The notes: generated by a model not told the origin, from the sequence alone. A DNA stretch of 64,000 nucleotides from Raja brachyura (GCA_963514005.1 OY740798.1:32612001-32676000); one strand, 5' to 3'; positions 12,801-27,800 are shown, numbered from the stretch's first letter. Program-made: numbers and translations.

Positions 12801-15800
12801 ACAGTAATGTAATGTAAATGAAAGTAGTCATGTTTAGTATAATGTTGCATATCCTTTGCATGCAATGACTGCTTGAAGTCTGCGATTCATGGACATCACC
12901 AGTTGCTGGGTGTCTTATCTGATTATGCACTGCCAGGCCTGCATTGCAGCTATCTTTAGCTTATGCTTGCTTTGGGGGCTAGTCCCCCTCAGTTTTCCTC
13001 TTCAGCGTATAAAAGGCATGCTCAATTGGGTTCAGATCGGGTAATTGACTTGGCCACTTAAGAATTGACCATTTTTTAGCTTTGAAAAACTCCTTTGTTG
13101 CTTTAGCAGTATGTTTGGGATCATTGTCTTGCTGTAGAATGAACCGCCGGCCAATTAGTTTTGAGGCATTTGTTTGAATTTGAGCAGATAGGATGTGTCT
13201 ATACACTTCAGAATTCATAATGCTACTACCATCAGCAGTTGTATCATAATTGAAGATAAGTGAGCCAGTACCTTCAGCAGCCATACATGCCCAGGCCATA
13301 ACACCCCCACCACTGTGTTTCACAGATGAGGTGGTGTGCTTTGGATTTTGGGCAGTTCCTTCTCTCCTCCTTACTTTGCTCTTGCCATCACTCTGATATA
13401 AGTTAATCTTCGTCTCATCTGTCCACAAGACCTTTTTCCAGAACTGTGGTTGCTCTTTTAAGTACTTCTTGGCAAACTGTAATCTGGCCATCCTATTTTT
13501 TCGGCTAACCAGTAGTTTGCGTCTTGCAGTGTAGTCTCTGTATTTCTGTTCATAAAGTCTTCTGCGGACAGTGGTCATTAACAAATCCACACATGACTCC
13601 TGAAGAGTGATTCTGATCTGTCGGACAGATGTTTAGGGATTTATCTTTATTATAGAGAGAATTCTTCTGGCATGAGCTGTGGAGGTCTTCCTTGGCCTGC
13701 CAGTTCCTTTGCAATTAGTAAGCTCACCAGTGCTCTCTTTCATCTTAATGATGATCCAAACAGTTAATTTTGGTAAGCCTAAGGTTTGGCTGATGTCTCT
13801 AACAGTTTTATTCTTGTTTCTCAGTCTTATGATGGCTTCTTTGACTTTCATTGGCACAACTTTGATCCTCATGTTGATAAACAGCAATAAAAGTGTCCAA
13901 AGGTGATGGAAAGACTGGAGGAAAGACTAGGTGCTGAGAGCTCTCTTATACCTGCATTAAGGAGGCAATTAAACACACCTGAGCAATTACAAACACATGT
14001 GAAGCCATGTGTCCCAAACATTATGGTGCCCTGAAATAGGGGGAACTATATATAAACACAACTGTAATTTCTACATCTAAAATGTATAACAATGGCTTTT
14101 AATAAAATCTGACAATGTGCACTTTAACCACATGTGATTTTCTTTCTATTACAAATCTCAAATTGTGGAGTACAGGGGCAAATAAATAAATGATGGGTCT
14201 TTGGCCCAAACATTATGGAGGGCACTGTAGAATTGAACTTTATTGCACAGCGTGGCTGGCTGTTGTGTCGATTGTAGACTGTGCAGACTTCATTCTTCAC
14301 TTGTTGCTTGCCTTTCAGGAGAAAGAACCTCGATTAGCCCGTGTTCCACCCACTCCAACAAGGAAGCTCTTCACTATTGGAGATACAAATGAGGTCAAAT
14401 CCAGGTAGGGAAACAAACTAGGAAATAGTTCACTGGACTAATAGTTTTTGTTTGATATCTGAAATGATAGTTAGCAAACAGCTGCCAGTAAATGTTTATA
14501 CTCACAGTGATCTGGGATTCATGTGACACCAGTGAGGCCATAGAATCTGAATAATGAATGGCTTTGGCCAGGGGAAATTAGTTCCACACTCTGTAAAGTA
14601 GGAACATAAAAGCAACCTTCAGTCTTGAACATCTGATGCTAAGTTTGCGTTTGCGTTGGTTCACCGGGGCACTTTCAAAACGACTCGATAATGTTTCCTC
14701 TCGGTTTGCTCTGGAGTTCCACTGTACCTGAAACAGTGTGCCACATCTTTCTTCAGGCCCTGCTGCTTCCTATGTGCGAACCTTGCTTCTTCTTGCAGTG
14801 ATTCTACAGCCCCGTTGGCTCGCAGTGCCTCCTACTCAAGGCAGCGGGAGGATGACTCTGGCAATCCACTGGGCAGCCTGGCGCGGAGTTCATCCTACAC
14901 TCGCCGACAGACAGAGTTGGACAGCAACAAAAGGGATAAGGACCTCAGCAACACCGTGCCGACTTCCTCTGGCGTCTCCATCGCGGCAGTGTCTGGTTAT
15001 CCAAAGAGGTTCGTAGATAGCGTGTGTTAAAATCGTCAGCCGCGAGATAATGTGAAGAGGACTTGTTTATGTTTCCAGTGGGAACTATAAAGGAGTTGAG
15101 CTCAGGTGCTGATGTCACTCCTTTTGGATTGTTTAATCTATTCCTTCCACCTTAAATGTTCATTGTGAGATTTCTGCCCTGTATATCTCTGGATATAAAG
15201 TATCGTGCTCGCTCACTTAGTTCCGATGGCAAATTATCAGTCGGTCACTTCAGGTTATTGGCAGAAATGATCGGAGGTTTATTAGCATTCAAGTCCCATT
15301 CTTGGCCTTGAGGATACAAAGCAGGTTGGCACAGAAACCCATGCAGGGGTGCTGCATTGATGAGGCTCTGTTTGTCAGATTTTAAGTTCCTGACAGTTCA
15401 GGAGGATATTTAACATCCCACATCATTAACTGGAAATTCTGAACGTTACAGTGTCCTGGACAATATTTCTCTCTTCATTGATTTCACAAAATATACATCA
15501 GTAACTGATTGTTCATTTCTTTGTGAATTCTTGAATCTTTAGTTGCTGTGTTTTCTGTCCAAACAAATGGGACTATGTTGCAGATTTATTAGGCTTGCAC
15601 TTTGGGTTGTGTAGGAAGGAACTGCAGATGCTGGTTTATATCAAAGATAGACACAAAAAGCTTGAGTAACTCAACATGCAAGCAGCATCTCTGGAGAAAA
15701 GGGATAGGTGACGTTTTGGGTCGAGACCCTTCTTCAGACCCAGACTCAGAGCACTTTGGGTTGCTCTACAGAAAAACATTATAAAAGTTCTTGATGTATG

Positions 15801-18800
15801 ACGACCACAATATTAAACTGGAGAAGGATGTATATGTGACAAATGTCAGTGCAGCGAACATGTATGTGCCGGCAACGTTTTGCTTGAGAAAAATGCCAGT
15901 TGACATTGGGTATGTTTGTAAGTGCAAGTGAGCTATAGAGTGAAATGTAAAGAAGAGTTTTTGAGAGGAAAACTCAGTGTAAATGACTAATCCACAAAAT
16001 GGCTTCACAACATCGTAAAATAAAGTATAGTGTGGCAGACTAAGATGAATGGTAACGCTGTTTGGCTGGTGTTCATGTAAAGTGGCATTTATAGAAGCAA
16101 TGGGGCAGACTGTGGAAAATATGCTCACACTGACGATAACCTATTTAAATCTGTGTCATTGAACAATCCACTGAGAGCTGCCTCATATCTCAGGAACTGT
16201 GATCTCTTGGTCACTGGTATTTCTCTAGATATTATCTGAGCCCCTTGACCCTGGGATCTAAAGGAGTAAGAAGCAAGGGAGATTGTTACCGTTCATGGAG
16301 CAGGTTATTTTTAATCTGGGCCAGTATAAACACTGTTTACTCTGCTTCTGGCTAGGGTGTATTTGGCAATTTATAGTTGAACTTTGAAGAATTGTGTTTG
16401 GGCAGCTGTTAGTGAAAACTCTCCATTGTCTTCTCTGTAATACTACCTAACTCTCCTGATCTCCTAGCAAATAACCATGTGGTACACTACCGATCCCGCA
16501 TGTCATGCCTGTAAGATGTGCATATCTTTGTAGTAAATAAGTAGATGGAACAATGGCAGGATGCATCGCCGTGTTTCAGTAAGAAATTAATCAGAAAACC
16601 AGTGGATATTCGGAAACAAGAAATGAAGCCAAGTGTTCAGATAGTTTATGCCTCGGTGTGTAAAAAAAAAAACCCTTTCCAGCCTCATAGCCAGGTGGCG
16701 ACACGTAACGTTGCTGCCTTACAGCGCCAGAGACCTGGGTTCAATTCTGACAATGAGTGCTGTCTGTACGGAGTTTGTACATTCTCCCTGTGGGCCACAA
16801 GTGTCTTCCCCGGGTGCTCCCACACTTCAAAGATGTACAGATTTGTAGGTTAATTGGCTTCGGTAAAAATTGTAAATTCTCCTTAGTGTGTAGGATAGTG
16901 CAAGTGCACGGGGATCGCTGGTTGGTGCGGACTCATGGGTCAGAGCTTGTTTCTGCGCTGTATCTCTGAACTAAGCTAGGTGGAATCTGAGAAATGGAAA
17001 TGATTTTCAGGCATAAATTGTATTCCTGGATCTATGTATTTCCGTATCTCATCTGTATGGTGTCACTGCCTTAATGTAGGGTTGATCTATAGAGGAGTGC
17101 AGAATGGTCTGCAGTGACATCAAGAGACAGAGCACAAGTATTGCACATTGCTAACACATGGGTAGGATCATCTTCACTTTTAAAAGAAATGGGGTGGTCA
17201 ATGCTAAGGTCCCAGATAGACGACCATTCCATTCCACTGTAGCCTTATTTTACAAGCATGTGAAATAGGAGCAGAAATGGGTGGAACCATGTTGTTCTTG
17301 GCCTCCAAGTTGAAGAATATACAATTTTTCCAACATAGATTTTTAGATAAATTTGTTGAATTCATTCATCTCCTTCTTCATCTTTCCTCCATTGTCGTCA
17401 TCCAAATCAGCTTCAACCAATTAGGTCGAATGTCAAAGGTTCAAACTAGACTACCAATTAGAATGGTCAGACTCCGATTGGATGTGTTGGGCTCAACATG
17501 TTGCAAATGGTGGTTTAGGGAATGGTTCCAAGAAGATAAGAAGAGGAGACCGACATGGAATTGTAGTGGAACTCATCGTTGCTGTGCCTGCCACATTCTT
17601 GAACCCTACTGTGCTGTGTCAAGACATTCTCACTGGTATAGCTCCAACAGAAACTGTAGCCGAGGAGATGGGGAATGGGTGTACAGTTCTACTGTGGCAG
17701 TAGAACGTTTGAACACCGCTGAGATCATTAGTGAGTAGTGGCAAATGTGAGCTGCATACACTGAAGGTGTTGTCACAGCACTCATTTGAGCAGCTGAGCA
17801 TCTTCCTGTCGGGGCAAAGTTCAAATGAACCCTCTGGACAGCGCTGAGTCACCTCAAAGTCAGCTGCTCAAGAATCAACCTGATGGAATGGGTCTGTACA
17901 ATACCTGAGCACAGCAAGTGGCGTTAGAGGCAGGCCATCTGACAACCTTTGGCCTGACCTTTGCTTGATGATGGGTCTTGTAATGATGGGGATCACGGTG
18001 ATCAAGGCCACTGGATGGACATAAGAGGACAAAGTCATCGATTAGTGCGAACACCAAGTTACAATGCTCGGTTAGAGTACGTTTGAATGGGGCCCTCTGA
18101 AGAAGTAGCCGGGGAAATTAAAGTCAATTTGAAGCAACCAATGTAATGAATAATGCCAAAAATATTAAGCCTGATGATGGACTGGGAGAGTGAAATTAAA
18201 AAGAATCTCGAGGTGTCACCTTTTTCTAAAACAAATAGAAAACATTCAGATGAATTCTTGGACTAATTTAATTGGTTTTCATGCATGATGTAGCCTATGT
18301 TTATTTTTATTTCTCTCTCTGTTGTTGTTTCAGATTGCCAGTATGTGGAGTTCTTTCTCTTTTCAAAGGATTTATTTTCCTTTGATTTGAAAGATATTAT
18401 ATGCTGGCAGTGGTACAGAGATTATTCAGCCTCGTCAGCGCATAGGCCGATTTGAAACGCCTAAGAGAGAACCATTTTGAGAGTGTAGATTGCAAGATCT
18501 ATTTCTTATGGTCGTAGTGCCTAAAACTAAGGGGCACAGGTTTAAATTGAGAGGAAATTGGGAGAACAGATGGGTACATTTTTCATACCAGTAGTCAGTA
18601 TCTGGATTGAGCTGCCAGAGGTGGTGGTTGACTCAGGAATAGTAACAACATTTAAGAGGCATCTTCGCAGGGATATGGAACTAAATGTAGGAAAATTGGA
18701 TTAGTATTCAAAGGCATCATAGTTGGCATATACATAATGAACAAAGGGCCTGTTTCTATGCTCTACAACTCTACAGCACTAGAAATGTCATTGGTGAATC

Positions 18801-21800
18801 AAATAGTGTTCCAAATAGCTCAACGAATGCCATCAATAATATTATCGGAACCTTTATTGAATGTTAATGTGTGACCTTCCACAACATTCAGCTGGTTTGA
18901 AGATGACTTTTGTTTATCTTTGCTGTGATCCAATACTAGCGCATAAAATTTAAAAAGAATGCGAGATGTCGTACATCTAAAATAAAAATAAAAAATTCTA
19001 TAAAGGCTCCACAGGTCAGGCAGCATCTGAGGAAAGAAAACAGAGAGACATTAATGAGACATTGCAAAAGTTTTGACAGATATGTGATGCTTGATGTAGC
19101 AATTCTCAAGTGATGTTATTCATAAGATGCTCAGTCAAAGGTATAAGCTGAATTACTTTCATGTTGCATTTAAAATTTGTGCACTTGAACAGCCCTTGAT
19201 GTTGGATATAAATGAGATGGTATCACTTCAGCCATGCTTTAGTATTCATACTCAAGAGTTTTGAAAATTTTATAACTCAGTTGATAATTTCTGCCAAGAA
19301 TGCAACTAATGGCGCTTTAAGTTCTCATTGAAATAGAGTCATAGGATTTACAATGGCCAAATGTTTTCAAAGTTCATTTGACATTTTTTTTCTCCCCATG
19401 GCTCAGTAGTTTTTAAATATAAACCAAATTAAATGCTTTTTCTTTGCAGAAAATCATTTTATTGCCTTCAAATATTCTCACTTTATTGTGTGCTCTTTTT
19501 CTTTCCTTCATCCATTATTCTTAATTTTCACCCCTCTCCCTTTCTCTCCAATGCTCCTAATCTTCATCTGATCGTCTCGCTTTCCTTTTCTCTCTTTCTC
19601 CATCTCTTCTTCCTCTGTGAAGTGCACACTGATAATGACACTATTTGCACAAAAGAATCACTTAACTTCAAAAGAAGCTCACACCGAGAGCCCCGTTACC
19701 TTTTTTTCGTGGGAGGGGGAGTTTTCTAGAAATATATCAAAGGCTAATACTTGGCATTCTCTGAGTTTTGGGAAAAGATATGCCTTTGTTTCTGCATTTG
19801 CAGATTTAAAGATGTTCGTCAGTTGGCTGTTTTGCTGGGAAAATTAAAAATCTTCCATAATATCTTCAGAACTTTCCAAAGCAGTACAGAAAATGGTTAC
19901 ATGCAGTGAGCATCCAGACAAAACTGATGTTGCTTGAGGGAGAAATGTTGGCTGGTTCAAGAGGAACATTTTATGATTTTATTTGGATGCTAGCATTAAA
20001 TGATTTACACTTGTACAACAATATTAATATATTATTAAAGATTACTGTTCATAATCAGCATCTCCCTGTCTCAGAAAGTGCTCTACATTAATGACTATCT
20101 CTTTAGACTTTAGAGATACAGTGAGGAAACAGGCCCATTGGCTTACGGAGTCGGCACCGACCAGCGATCACCCTGTCCACTAACCTGGACATGCTAGGGA
20201 CAATTTTTACAACTTACCGAAGCCAATTAACCTATAAACCTGTACATCTTTGGAGTGTGGGAGGAAACCAGTGCACCTGAAGAAAATATGCATTCACGGG
20301 AAGAATGTACAAACACCCTTAATCAGGATCGAACCCGGGTTTCTGGCGCTGTAAGGCAGCAACTGTACCATTGCGACACTGTTCTGTTCCTTCTCAAAAT
20401 CAGCCTCCACCACGGATTGATTTTAATTATTTGTTAACTAATGTTAAGTTAATGGATAAAATAGTTTTAATATAGGTATTTATTAACGTGGTATATTTAG
20501 GTGAAATATAATCACGTCAATGAAATATACATCAAATTTGTTTTCTGGTGGCTTTATGTATAATTTTTTCAGTTATGTTACTGTGCTGTAACATACTTCT
20601 GTCATTCTGGTGGATTTAGTGCCTCTACTGGATACGTATTGCTCTTAGATCTGAATCTGCTCTGCAATTATATTAACATATTTACATTTAATCAGCAGAT
20701 TAATATAATAGCCTAACCCAGTAATCATCTTTGCACACTGTATTAATTGTCACTTACTAGCCTCTACACTAGCTGCAAAGGTTCACGCAGTTACTGTGCC
20801 TGCCTTAGTTATATTACTTGCACTTTCATGTGTTTCCCCATGTTTCTATATGTAACATGCACTTTAATATATTGTACTGAGATTTCATATGCTTCAACAT
20901 GGCATTTTGTATATGCTTAAGTGAATGTACTGTGTGCCCGTCTGTGAATATTGCGTAACAGATCGCTGCTTTATACTTGTCCTTCTATCTTTATATATAC
21001 AGCCTATAAGTTCACGTATTTACTATGCTGTTCTCTTCCTGCATGTTTGCACATTGTTCTGCTGCTTCACTAGTCACTTACACCTGAAAATGATAGGCCG
21101 CAGTTATAGTGCACAAGACTTCAGACTTCGTTCCAGAACAATGTCACCCTCCAGCCATAAGGTTATTAACTCTGACGCTGCTTCTGCCAGCATCACCAAT
21201 TTTATAAGGTACTGATCATATTGGCTTCTCTCGACATTTTGTACTGTAAGTTGCTCTGCTATGTGTAAGCAGCATTGGGTACTTTGATTCCTGGTCCAAT
21301 TCTTCCAGGTGACGATGGGGTAATAACGAAATCGGTCAGTAACTGGATGAGTAAGAAATCACATAATTTGTCATGTATAAAACCATGGTCCTGATTTTAA
21401 ACAGTGCAAACTGAGATGTAGCAGTCAACCACCTGCACAGTTTTGGACACATGCCTTGAGTCAGAGCACTGGTGATGCAGTCATTCATAATATGCCTTTG
21501 ATTGGATCACTCTGGAGAGATGGCATCATGCTGTTCTCTAACAATAAGCAAATTGTTGAATATTACTTTTTAACCTTGACCCAGAGGAAATAAAACTTAG
21601 AAGGAAGTTATTTTTGCTTCCAAGAGGGAATCACATTCAGCTGAAGAGAGAGAGGAACTTGGATGAAGGCATTTGGAGGAGGTTGTAATCAATGTGTTAA
21701 CATATTTAGGAGAATTCTGGGGAGGATTGTACTTGAGAATTTGAATTGGATCAGGCATCTGATATGTTTGTTAACAAATTCCTCTTGGGTTTTGAGATTA

Positions 21801-24800
21801 GGTCCCAGTGATGAAAACAAATGGTAATTTAAATTTTCCTATTGGGTTTCAGGGATAGTTCTTTGTTTCATCTGACCTGTTCCCAAGTTGGTTGTTCCCA
21901 ATAAATCTCTTTTCTCCTCATACTTTCCTTGCAGTGCATCTTTTGCAAGAAGACAGGAGGGTCTTGCCAGTAGTTCTGTCCCAGGATCTGTTACTACGAT
22001 GTCTAGCACAAGCTCCTCCTCCAATCCTCCCAGTAATCGGGGCCTGACAGCAGGGGACAGTTACACAAGTCGGTAAGACCATCTCGGCCATCTTGAGCTC
22101 ATAATTTTGTCACTCAAGGGAGCAGCCTCTGCTCCACCGTGTCCTTGCATCTGATTTTGAATATGTCACCTTCAGGGTTAGCATTGAAATTAACATACCA
22201 ACTTCTTTCTTCATCTCTACCTGATGAAGACAGAAGGTTCTTTGATCAAAGATTACTCAAACATAGAACAAAGTTCCAAGAGGTTTTAGTGGAAACAGAA
22301 GTTCAAGGATCATTGTGAACCACGGAAATAGAATTTGCAACGAGGCACTGCGGAATTAGAATTGGCCAAAAATTCTTTCTCTTTTCCATAAGTTCCATTA
22401 TAGCCTTTGAGACCTTAGAGGAGGGCAATACAAGGTATGGACAGATGACATGTCGGGTTGGGGCCTTCTTCAGACTGGCTTCTGCTATACTGTACTGTGT
22501 AATGGAACAACTCTCAGATTTACTTTGTTCCTTCATATCCTTCAGTTCCCAGGCTCGAAACCAAGCAGGAAATGGAGCAGAGAAAGAGAGTACGCAAGGC
22601 ACTGGTTATGGCACTGAGAATCGTGAGAGACGCAGGTACCAGATACAAATGAAATGCTCAAACGATGCAATCAACTTCAAAATGACCCACTTGCACAACA
22701 TGTAGATGTGCTGTATATTGTATCACTCTTAAAAAGTTGCAGTGCTGGAGTAACTCAACAGGTCAGGCAGCATCATTGGAGAAATGGATAGGTGGCGTTT
22801 TGGGTTGGGACCCTTTTTCAGTGTTAAGAGACTGTTATTCTTGCTTGTGATATATGTTCTTGGACACAACTGTAGATATGTTGGTTAGTAGGTTTGCAGA
22901 CAACACCGATTGCTGGAGTTGAGGAAGGCTGTCAAAGTATACAGCAGGTTTTAGGTCAGCTATGGAAATGGCTATAATATCATTGCATGGTGTAAGCAAT
23001 TATATTATCAATATTGAATTTGAATCAGACAGGTGATAATTTATCCTTCACAGATCATGACAGGTTTATGTCACATTGAAAACCACTTATAATTTATACA
23101 AGGATGTGCAGTTTAGTGACCAATTCGTGAAGATAAAAAAAGTTACAACTTAATTTTTATTCCAATATGCCGTACATTGTTTTGAGCTGGTAACTTGAAT
23201 TTGGGTTGGGGCTGTATCAGTTTGAGGCATATGTCTGCTTGAACAGCAGAATTGACTTGCAGAAGTTACTCACAGACTTCATAGCTGTGGCTTCCTTCCA
23301 TAGAAACATAGAAAATAGGTGCAGGAGTAGGCCATTCGGCCCTTCGAGCCAGCACCACCATTCAATATGATCATGACTGATCATCCAATATCAGTACCCC
23401 GTTCCTGCTTTCTCCTCATACCCCTTGAATCCTTCAGCTTTAAGAGCTATATCCAACTCTCTCGTGAATATATCCAATTAATTGGTCTCCACTGCCTTCT
23501 GTGGCAGAATTCCACAGATGAATAACTCTCTGGGTGAAAAAGTTTTTCCTCATCTCAGTCCTATATGGCCTACCCCTTATTCTTAAACTGTTACCCATGG
23601 TTCTGGACCCCCAACATCGGGAACTTCCAAGGTACGGTGATATATCTTTGGGTGTAATGTAGATCAGCTCTTACGAATGGTGCCATTAATAGAGATTATT
23701 CTCTGCCTTATTTCCTGCTCAGATCCTACCTCACTCCAGTTCGTGATGAGGAAGCTGAAGCACAAAGGAAGGCGCGTTCACGACACGCCCGCCAGTCTCG
23801 CAGGTCCACACAGGTGAGATTAAGAGTTCACTGCAGTTCATCCTCTGCAAAATAATGCACTCCAATATCACCTATTTGCGTGTTCACTGTTGAAAACTGG
23901 AATATCAGGAATTTTGAATTGGTTGCTCGATGGTAAGGTGGAAATGATTTTTCTCCAATAAACTTAAAAACTGATATTGGATATGGTGTCTAAGCAGTTG
24001 AGGTTTGTCCATGGTGTATGTTTAATGGAGGTTTATATGCTCCAAATATATTGGGTTCAGCCACCCTTCGCCACCATTTCACTCATCTTGCTTTAAACGT
24101 TTGAATCTTTGGAGGGCACGTCCTCAGTACAAGAAACCTCTGATAATCCAGCACATTCCAGAACTGTGGTGGTGCCAGATGGGTAAATTTTCCACATGAC
24201 AGGATGTAACTCAATTTTAATTCCCTTTTGCTGCATGTTACACTGTATCATCATGAATCCGAGTGAACCACGTAAGCTTAGAGAATACATGGCAACTGGG
24301 GTTTCAGTGAGTTGGAATGGATTTCTTAATAATCAGACAGTGGATTATTGGAGTTTAATTGTATTATGGAATGACCATGTGAATGGACATCTTTAAAAAG
24401 ACATTTGGCCTTTTTTTCCAATGATTAGTGGGACATTCAATGTTCTTTCTTGCCCTCCATCCCCATTTCCCCTTCTTACACAAACCGCTCCTGACTGGTT
24501 TAGGACATTATTTCTCCTAATCTTCATATTTTTGATGTAGGGTGTAACACTTACAGACCTCCAAGAGGCTGAGAAAACAATTGGAGTGCAACGCGAGAAG
24601 AAAGCTGCAGAACAGGAGAAGGAGAAAGAGAAAGAGAAAGAAAAAGAAAAGGAAGAGAAAGAAGAAACTAAAGACATTGCTTCAAAATACAGATATAGCA
24701 GGAGCAGTCAGGATGAGGTGAGATGATTGGCTGTGGACAGCATTGGTACCTGTAATACTTTGATTCATAGTTTTATCTCCCCAGCATGGATCCTAGTGAC

Positions 24801-27800
24801 AGAGCAACACTCCAAACTGGCCCTAACACATACCAAATGTGACCAGCATTGTTCCTGTACACGCTGAATTACCTCGGATACAGGTTAAATTCAGCCTTCC
24901 TTTTATTCATTCTTTTCAATCCTGTGAATGATGTTGACCTGCTCATTCCTTTTAACGGCACCTCTGCAGAATACCCCAACGTCTGTGCACGTTTGCAGAC
25001 CTAAAATCTGCATACCCCCCCCCCCCCCCCCGATTTAAATTGATGCATTATTGGTAGTCCTTTTATTTATATTCAAGTTATTGAAGAAACTATTATAAAG
25101 CTTCAGGTATAACGTAAGGTTATAACAGGTCATTTTAAAATGCTGTTGACAGTTCTGCTATCCCCCACTCTTCGCTTCCTGTTGATGTAATCTCTGTGGA
25201 TCTTTGACAACTTTCAGATTATGTCATTCGGAACTTTATCACTTCTTCGCTTGCACGGTTCCCAAAACGTTGTCCCTTATTGAATCTTTTGAAAAATAGC
25301 AGAAGGAAAATTAAGGGAAATACAATTGTTGTGAGAGAAGTCTTAAAATGAGAGCTTGGCCATTCCAGATTCATGATGAGAAACATTGCTGCCCACACAA
25401 ATATAGTAGAAATCCAATGTTGATGGTGATTCTATCTCAAAACCTCCAAGAAACACAGTTCAAAGGTGGATAGAGTTCAGATGCAGAGCTGCCACACTGT
25501 GCTTGATCAAAGGAGTTATTGGTCTCCTCTTCATTGTTTTCAGAACATATTTAAATTAGTGAATAGATTTCATAGTAAAATATTAAGAACTCTTCACTAT
25601 GATAAATGGCGTACTTTTTTTCCAGTCTGAAGGGTACTGATCCAAAATGTCACCTGTCCATTCCCTCCGTAGATGCTGCCTGACCTGCCGAGTTTTGCTT
25701 AAGATTGCAGCATCTACAGTCTCTTGTGACTTAATTTTTCTCTGCTTTACATTTTCTGAACCTTGATCATTGACTCTCTGGCACACATTTTATCACACTT
25801 TACATCTCTCATCATACATGCACTCTGCATAATGCAATGTTCTCCCCCTTGTATTCTTGCCCATGAGCCATGCTTGTGATTCTGTGTTTTTGGTGTCTAT
25901 TTAAATGTGCATGCTGTGTCTCAAAGTGCCATTATTTAGTCACTCCCTATGGTGCTGTCTAATGCAGGAGAAGAACTGGCGTTCACGATTAGCCAATCTA
26001 CAGAAAGCAGATCTGTTGGGTCTAACCTCCTATTCCTCAGATTCCAGTCGTTCAACTGTCCCCAGCTACACCTGCCACAATGCCGTGCAGCCGCTCGACA
26101 ACAAAGGTATTGACAAACTTCTTATAGGAGTATGCTCATTTTCAACTTGCTGCTACTTCTAAACCTGTTGTATTGAACTTTAGTGTATGAAGGATCTCTC
26201 TCATTTCAAAGCATTTGCTATAAAGAGAAATCAATGCTGGGCAGAACTTGCTGTGTCAATGAGTAAAAACAGCCGCAGTATAAGTTAGTCATCAATATGG
26301 GAAGGTCCTATAAACTTTGGCTCATGACCAAAACAATTGAGAGTTTATTAATAGCCTTAATATACATGTACTTGGATCACTATCATCTGATACCTTTTGA
26401 GCAAGGGATGGAAGAGAGATGTATCCAAATCGGAGTGCTCAATCTCCTGTGGAATTCCCCTGGTGCTGGAGGCATTTTGTGCACCAAAAATTAGAGATTG
26501 TTAGCCTTAATATTCTTGGACTTGAATATGTATTAAATCCATAGCACTAGGTCACCTTTTGGCCAATTAAATTCTCTGCCTGGAGTTTGTGTAGCATTGT
26601 TCCACCTCTGAATCATCCATGCTGGATATTATTATATAGAAATAGCTGTAAAGAGGCAATGTTCCGTGATTAAAATGTTACGGTTGTGGTGTTAATAAAT
26701 ATTTACCAATCCCTGGTTGATTTATTCTGACTGGAATGACTCAGAATACAACCTGTACTGTACTTAGAGCAGATAAAGATATTTACAGAATCTTGTTTAC
26801 AGAAGCAATTGTTTTCATATTGTTTACAGAAGCAATAATTGGCCTTGACTCTTAATTAGAGGGACAGCATCCACTGACTCCAGCAGGTTGCAGACTCATC
26901 TGTGATCATCCCCATCATGGAACAGCTTGTTCCTACTCAAACATGAAGGATGACTATTTGATTATAGAAAACCTAAGTTGTTTTCTGCACCTGAGCACAT
27001 GTCTTTATCTTTAGGTGAAGACCATTGTCACTGAGTGTGTCTGTGGTCCCCATAACATCGCAATGAATGTGCTTCTGGGACAGAGAAAGGCTGTCATGGG
27101 GGGAGAGGGGTGCTGTAACTGGGTACCAATTTTCTTTGGATGGTTTGTAATATCACTAGATATTGCATTACTCTGGGTCTTCCTTGTTAACATGCAGGAT
27201 GCTATTTACCTCTGAGCCCGAGATCTATTGCATTGTGCTTGTTGTTTATGGTTGACATGGGATATCTTTGAGGGAAGCTTGCAGTTGGGTGCTGAGCGTG
27301 TGTGGATGTTGAATGCTGACCATTTCTGAACAACTAATCACAGTTTAGATCTGTCCTACAGAATCAGAGAAAGCTAAAGAAGAGGAGAAGGAATCAGATG
27401 ATTCTTCTTTCAGAAGGTCTGGTACAAGAGACCGGAGACGGCCGAGGGGGAAGCGAAGATCAACAGGAGTGCATTCCCTATCACAAGATGTAAGTACTCT
27501 GGATACTCAAGTGAATTTTAGACTGTCAATTACCCTGTTCAAAGACAGGGTTTCTCCAGCAAGCTACGGCCAACGAACTAATAATCACAAATCATTGCAG
27601 TCATTTACGCTGTAATCACTTTTATTTTATCATTGACGTGGTGGAGATATACATGGAGTACTGTGCAGTTCTGGTCATTAAGCTGGATAGCATGCAAAAG
27701 AGATTCAGCAGGATAGAGGATCCAAAAGTTAGTTGGCTTAATGTGAGAGATTTCAAAGGGACCTCAGGGGCAATTTTTTCACTCGGCAGGTAGTCCGTAT

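Noticed and set aside
17400-18090. GC-richer intronic segment with overlapping ORFs
   Set aside because: No recognisable motif or splice pattern; probably an old repeat that I cannot identify.
19490-19700. Long pyrimidine tract followed by AG as a hidden exon
   Set aside because: The required phase gives an immediate TGA and there is no clear donor; a poison exon cannot be supported without RNA data.
25015-25031. Poly-C runs (also near 33243 and 54275) as G-quadruplex elements
   Set aside because: Simple homopolymers with no supporting context.
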